In this document: positions 60,517 through 64,000 of the stretch, piece after piece
Layout of the letters: every line of letters starts with the position of its first letter
Position numbering within the stretch: position 1 is the first letter of the stretch
From: Escherichia phage CMSTMSU
Direction: 5' to 3' (one strand)
Sequence record: MH494197.1
Length of the DNA: 64,000 bases
Made by a program: the position numbers and the translations under genes
Notes under the pieces: model-generated
What the model saw: only the letters and a program-made list of their open reading frames with translations
Database searches by the model: none
Told to the model about the DNA's origin: nothing

Positions 60517-60559
60517 TATTGTTTTAATTTCTTGATTAAATCTTTTAAATCGATTACAA

Positions 60560-61732
60560 TTACATGAAAGTAACGTTTTTGATAGCGATTTTGCTGTAGT
60601 AGTCAGCAGCGTTACCAAGAGATGAAGTACTATCAGTCAATTGTACATAACCATAACGAGTGAGGAAGGTTGTGACCAATTCACCAGTGTTAGGGTCCAT
60701 TACAGTACCGGAAGCCATTAGTGGGATGTATGGGCAATAGAACACACCAGCATCAGTTTCAGCGTTACCTTTGTAACCAATTAGGATATCTTCAACATCA
60801 CTTGCATAGGTATCAACGAAGATACGCATGGTGCTGTTTAGAGTACCAACAAATTTAACGTTAGTTGGAGCTTCGAAAGTACCTTCAGTAGTACGTGCAA
60901 AACTAGAAGTAGTTGCAGACTGTAGAATGGTTAGAGCGGTTGGAGAAACAACAGCCCAGTTCGCAGCACCACGTTTGGTACGACGAGCAACTTCGTTCGC
61001 TTGACGGTTGATTAGGGTAGCTAGAGCAGCGTGCTCGTCACCAACGAAGGTCGCAACACCAGTAACTTTAGATTGGTCATAAGTTACAGCAGCAGCACCG
61101 TAGTGCACGTAGACGGCTTAGTAGCTCTTGGTCGATTTCAACGGTAACTTCTTGAGCGATTGCAGCCATTAGTTCAGCTTCAACGTCGATACCATGTTGG
61201 GATTGTGCATCTTGTGCAGATTCAACAGTCCAACGTGCAGATAGACGACGAGATTTCGCTTCAACAGTTTCACGTAGAATACGGATGTTAACGCGACGAC
61301 CCATAGTACCTTCTAGTTGGCTAGTAGGAGCAGCTTGTGGGTTGCTGTTGTCTGCGTTTAGGTCACCAGTATAAGACTTAGCGATTTTGTATGGAGAAAG
61401 CATTTCTTCACCAGCGATAACACCGGAGCGTTGTCAGCATATTGAACACGTAGGGTGTGGATCTGACCAACTGGGCCAGTCATTGGCTGAACACCGATGA
61501 TTTCGTTAGCGATTACGGTTGGCATAACACGACGCATAATTGGTAGAATCACTTTGTTTAGAGTAGCGATGTTACCAGCAGTGGTTGCACCAGAAGTAGC
61601 AGATTCGTTTAGCATTAGTTTACGATGGTTATCAAGTACGGTTTCCATTACGGACTTACGAGTACCTTGTAGACCTTCAACTAGTTTCTCTTTAACTGCT
61701 ACCCATTTGGATTCATTTAGTAGTTGTGACAT
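60560..61732 (-). CDS. gp23: major capsid protein (T4 gp23-like), frameshifted
   Basis: VIANEIIGVQPMTGPVGQIHTLRVQY matches the T4 gp23 IAFDICGVQPMNSPTGQVFALRAVY region; three fragments; late-gene codon usage. Confidence 0.85.
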
Positions 61733-61776
61733 TATTATCTCCTTAAAGATGTTATATTCGTTTTTCAGTATGATAT

Positions 61777-61784
61777 TATTTATA
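61777..61784 (-). promoter_or_regulatory. T4-type late promoter TATAAATA upstream of the capsid gene
   Basis: exact TATAAATA on the minus strand 45 nt upstream of the gp23-like start. Confidence 0.5.
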
Positions 61785-61803
61785 GAACTGAAAAATTTGA
61801 TTA

Positions 61804-62931
61804 TTAAAATGCTTTAAAATGTTTATTTTTATTGATACCAGAAAGAACATCGAGTTCTTTTAGGAATGCCATATCGTCAGCGGTCATTTCTTCGCTTTCA
61901 ACAATAGCCTGACGGTTGCCAGTGATTACTTTACCTTCTGCAAGAGTTCTCTTAGCGGAAGACTGAACTGCTTGACGAGTGGTAGCAGATTCATTTACTT
62001 TAGTACCGTTAAGTACTGACTTATGGTACTTGCTGAAATCGTCTTTAAGCTTTTCTGTAGGAGAAGTAGCTAGAAGGGATTCCATAATTTGTTTCTGTTG
62101 TGTAGTTAGTGGCTTAACTAGTTCAGACATAATCGCATTACGAGCTTGTGAATCTTCCATAATACGTAGTTTGGTTTTAGCAGCTTTAACTTCACTTACA
62201 GTTTCATTTAGTTCTTTCTTAACTTGAGCAATTTCGTCTTCTTTAGACTTGATTGATTCAGTTAGGGAACGTAGTAGTGAATTCTCATTAAATTGTTTGA
62301 CATTAAACTCTTGAGCAAATGCTTCAAAGATTTTACGACCAAACATATTTTGTTTTGCTTCAACAAGATCTTCTTTCAAAGCGTATAGGTTTTTCTGAGT
62401 AGTTTCTGCAATATATTTAGCAGCACTTTCAGATGTACGTTTGATGAAGTTGTTACGTGCTTCAGCAATTTGACGGAGCCTTCAGCTAGTTTAACGCGAG
62501 TTTCAACTAGTTGACGTTTCTCGATGTGGAATTCTTTTAGCTCTTCTGCTAGGATACCGTTAGAGAAATTAACGAATTTATCCATGCATTCTTGAAGATG
62601 CTTACGTTCTTTACGCATTTGTTTAACTTCTTCAGCCAAAACAGAGTTAGAAAACGCAGAGAAATTACTTAGGGTTTTGCGGAGAGTTACACGATCTTCT
62701 ACAAGACGTTTTTCTCTTCATATACTGCACCCATTTCTTCAGCGATAACTTGAGTAACCATAGTATTTAGACCTTCGGTTAGCTCAGACAAATCTTGTTT
62801 GTAGCGGCCTTTCATTTCTTCACGCATTTCTGCGGCAAGTGTGTTTTTTCTTCATTCCATGCTTCCTGAATTAGCTGTTTTGCCTCATCAGAAAGAGATG
62901 ATTCTTTTAGAAGCTTTTCTAATTTAGACAT
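61804..62931 (-). CDS. gp22: prohead scaffold protein (T4 gp22-like), frameshifted
   Basis: coiled-coil-like Glu/Lys-rich protein between protease and capsid genes; AAGGAGAG RBS before ATG at 62929-62931. Confidence 0.55.
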
Positions 62932-62978
62932 TCGTTCTCTCCTTTAAGTACTGAAATATCTGTACTTCAACATACAAA

Positions 62979-62986
62979 TATTTATA
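62979..62986 (-). promoter_or_regulatory. T4-type late promoter TATAAATA upstream of the scaffold gene
   Basis: exact TATAAATA on the minus strand 48 nt upstream of the scaffold start. Confidence 0.5.
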
Positions 62987-63105
62987 TTTTTAAAATGTTA
63001 ACCTTTTAATTTCTTGAAAAAATCGTAAATTTCAGAATCTACATTATTTACTGTTTTAGATTCTGTGATTTTTTAGGACTATTACAAGGTGATCCGTACT
63101 ACTCA

Positions 63106-63615
63106 TCAGAGATTCAAAACCGCAGTAGGGTATGCCTCTGGAGCACTAGGTTGAGCAACAATATCAATTGTGATAATTTCAAAATCAGAAACTATTCCAT
63201 TGTAATCCACGTTACCGGAACCACGAGAACTTACACCAAGTTTCACACCAGCTTCTAGCATTTTACGAATATTAGTACCATGAGCAGTATCAAGTAGTTT
63301 GATTTCTGCCATGCCGTTAGCACCTTCCATCCAGACCTTAGTAATCATTGCTGCTACACGGTCAAGGTTAATTGTTAGTGTTTCAGGGTGGTCACATTCA
63401 ACTAGAATACTTTCACCTTTAGCCAAACGTTGAGCCATATTATTAACAGCTTTAGTAATTTCGGCTAAAGGGTAAATTCTCTCATTTAAATTTCTTTGAT
63501 CGGCTTGAATAGCAATACCACGAAGATAGCAATCACGCCCACCAAGTCCATTATCACGATGTTCCAAAACAACTTTAGAATCATTGAATGAAGACCATTC
63601 ACGAATCATACTCAT
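63106..63615 (-). CDS. gp21: prohead core protease (T4 gp21-like)
   Basis: intact 169-aa ORF; GVKLGVSSRGSG matches the T4 gp21 GWIPGVSSRGLGS active-site region. Confidence 0.8.
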   Translation of the reverse strand: MSMIREWSSFNDSKVVLEHRDNGLGGRDCYLRGIAIQADQRNLNERIYPLAEITKAVNNMAQRLAKGESILVECDHPETLTINLDRVAAMITKVWMEGANGMAEIKLLDTAHGTNIRKMLEAGVKLGVSSRGSGNVDYNGIVSDFEIITIDIVAQPSAPEAYPTAVLNL

Positions 63616-63636
63616 AATGATCTCCTTTCCTTTTCT

Positions 63637-64000
63637 TTATTTAGTGTTAGATTTTTGGTTGTGATTTTGGTAGTGGAGAACGAGATTTAGAAGCGGTATT
63701 TTTGGCTTCGCAACATCTTTCATTTCGCCACGAGCATTTTTACCTAGGTCTTCATCAGTGTGGGACATAGCATCTTCGTTTTCAAAATCATAATCTACTT
63801 GTTTTTCGGAAGCTTTAGCGAATTTCACTGGAGCAACACCTTGAACTGGAGATTTAGCTTCTGGAGCAACTGGGGACTTGGTATTAACGCCAGCTTTTTC
63901 TTTCTTATCAACCGCAGCAACTTGCTTAAGTTTGAAAGACTCACCAACTTTCTCATCACCGAATTGTACATCAGCAAATTCGTCTTCAGATTCTTCACCA
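63637..64000 (-). CDS. prohead core-type acidic protein, partial (runs off window end)
   Basis: open frame from the window edge to 63637; acidic, upstream of the protease as T4 gp67/gp68 are. Confidence 0.35.
   Translation of the reverse strand, partial: GEESEDEFADVQFGDEKVGESFKLKQVAAVDKKEKAGVNTKSPVAPEAKSPVQGVAPVKFAKASEKQVDYDFENEDAMSHTDEDLGKNARGEMKDVAKPKIPLLNLVLHYQNHNQKSNTK

Overview
This window reads as a densely coded, AT-rich segment of a T4-like (Straboviridae-type) myophage genome, with about 80 protein-coding genes, nearly all on the minus strand. Recognisable from the translations: DNA polymerase (family B), clamp loader large subunit, probable sliding clamp, gp41-type helicase, gp61-type primase, gp32-type SSB, Dda and UvsW helicases, UvsX recombinase, T4-type RNase H plus a separate RNase HI, topoisomerase II large and medium subunits, NrdA/NrdB, DHFR, terminase large subunit, prohead protease, scaffold, gp23-like major capsid protein and a gp12-like tail fibre. 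No rRNA, tRNA or CRISPR array was found. Gene order differs from T4: packaging, head and fibre genes are interleaved with replication genes. Almost every long conserved gene is split across 2 to 6 reading frames, and the shifts I could localise sit at homopolymer runs, so I read them as sequencing/assembly indels rather than pseudogenes; all gene boundaries are therefore approximate. I could not identify one definitive novel system. The best candidates for follow-up are: a ~30-nt element (TATAAATA-like box plus GGGGAAC/GTTCCCC hairpin) present in two copies 42 kb apart; the only two plus-strand islands, each a tandem pair of paralogous genes (holin-T-like membrane proteins; unidentified late-codon-usage proteins); phage-encoded IF3-like and ClpS-like genes side by side; two Cpn10/GroES-like genes; and a T5orf172 gene inserted between the capsid and tail-fibre genes. 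All homology calls are from motif recognition by eye and need HMM or BLAST confirmation.
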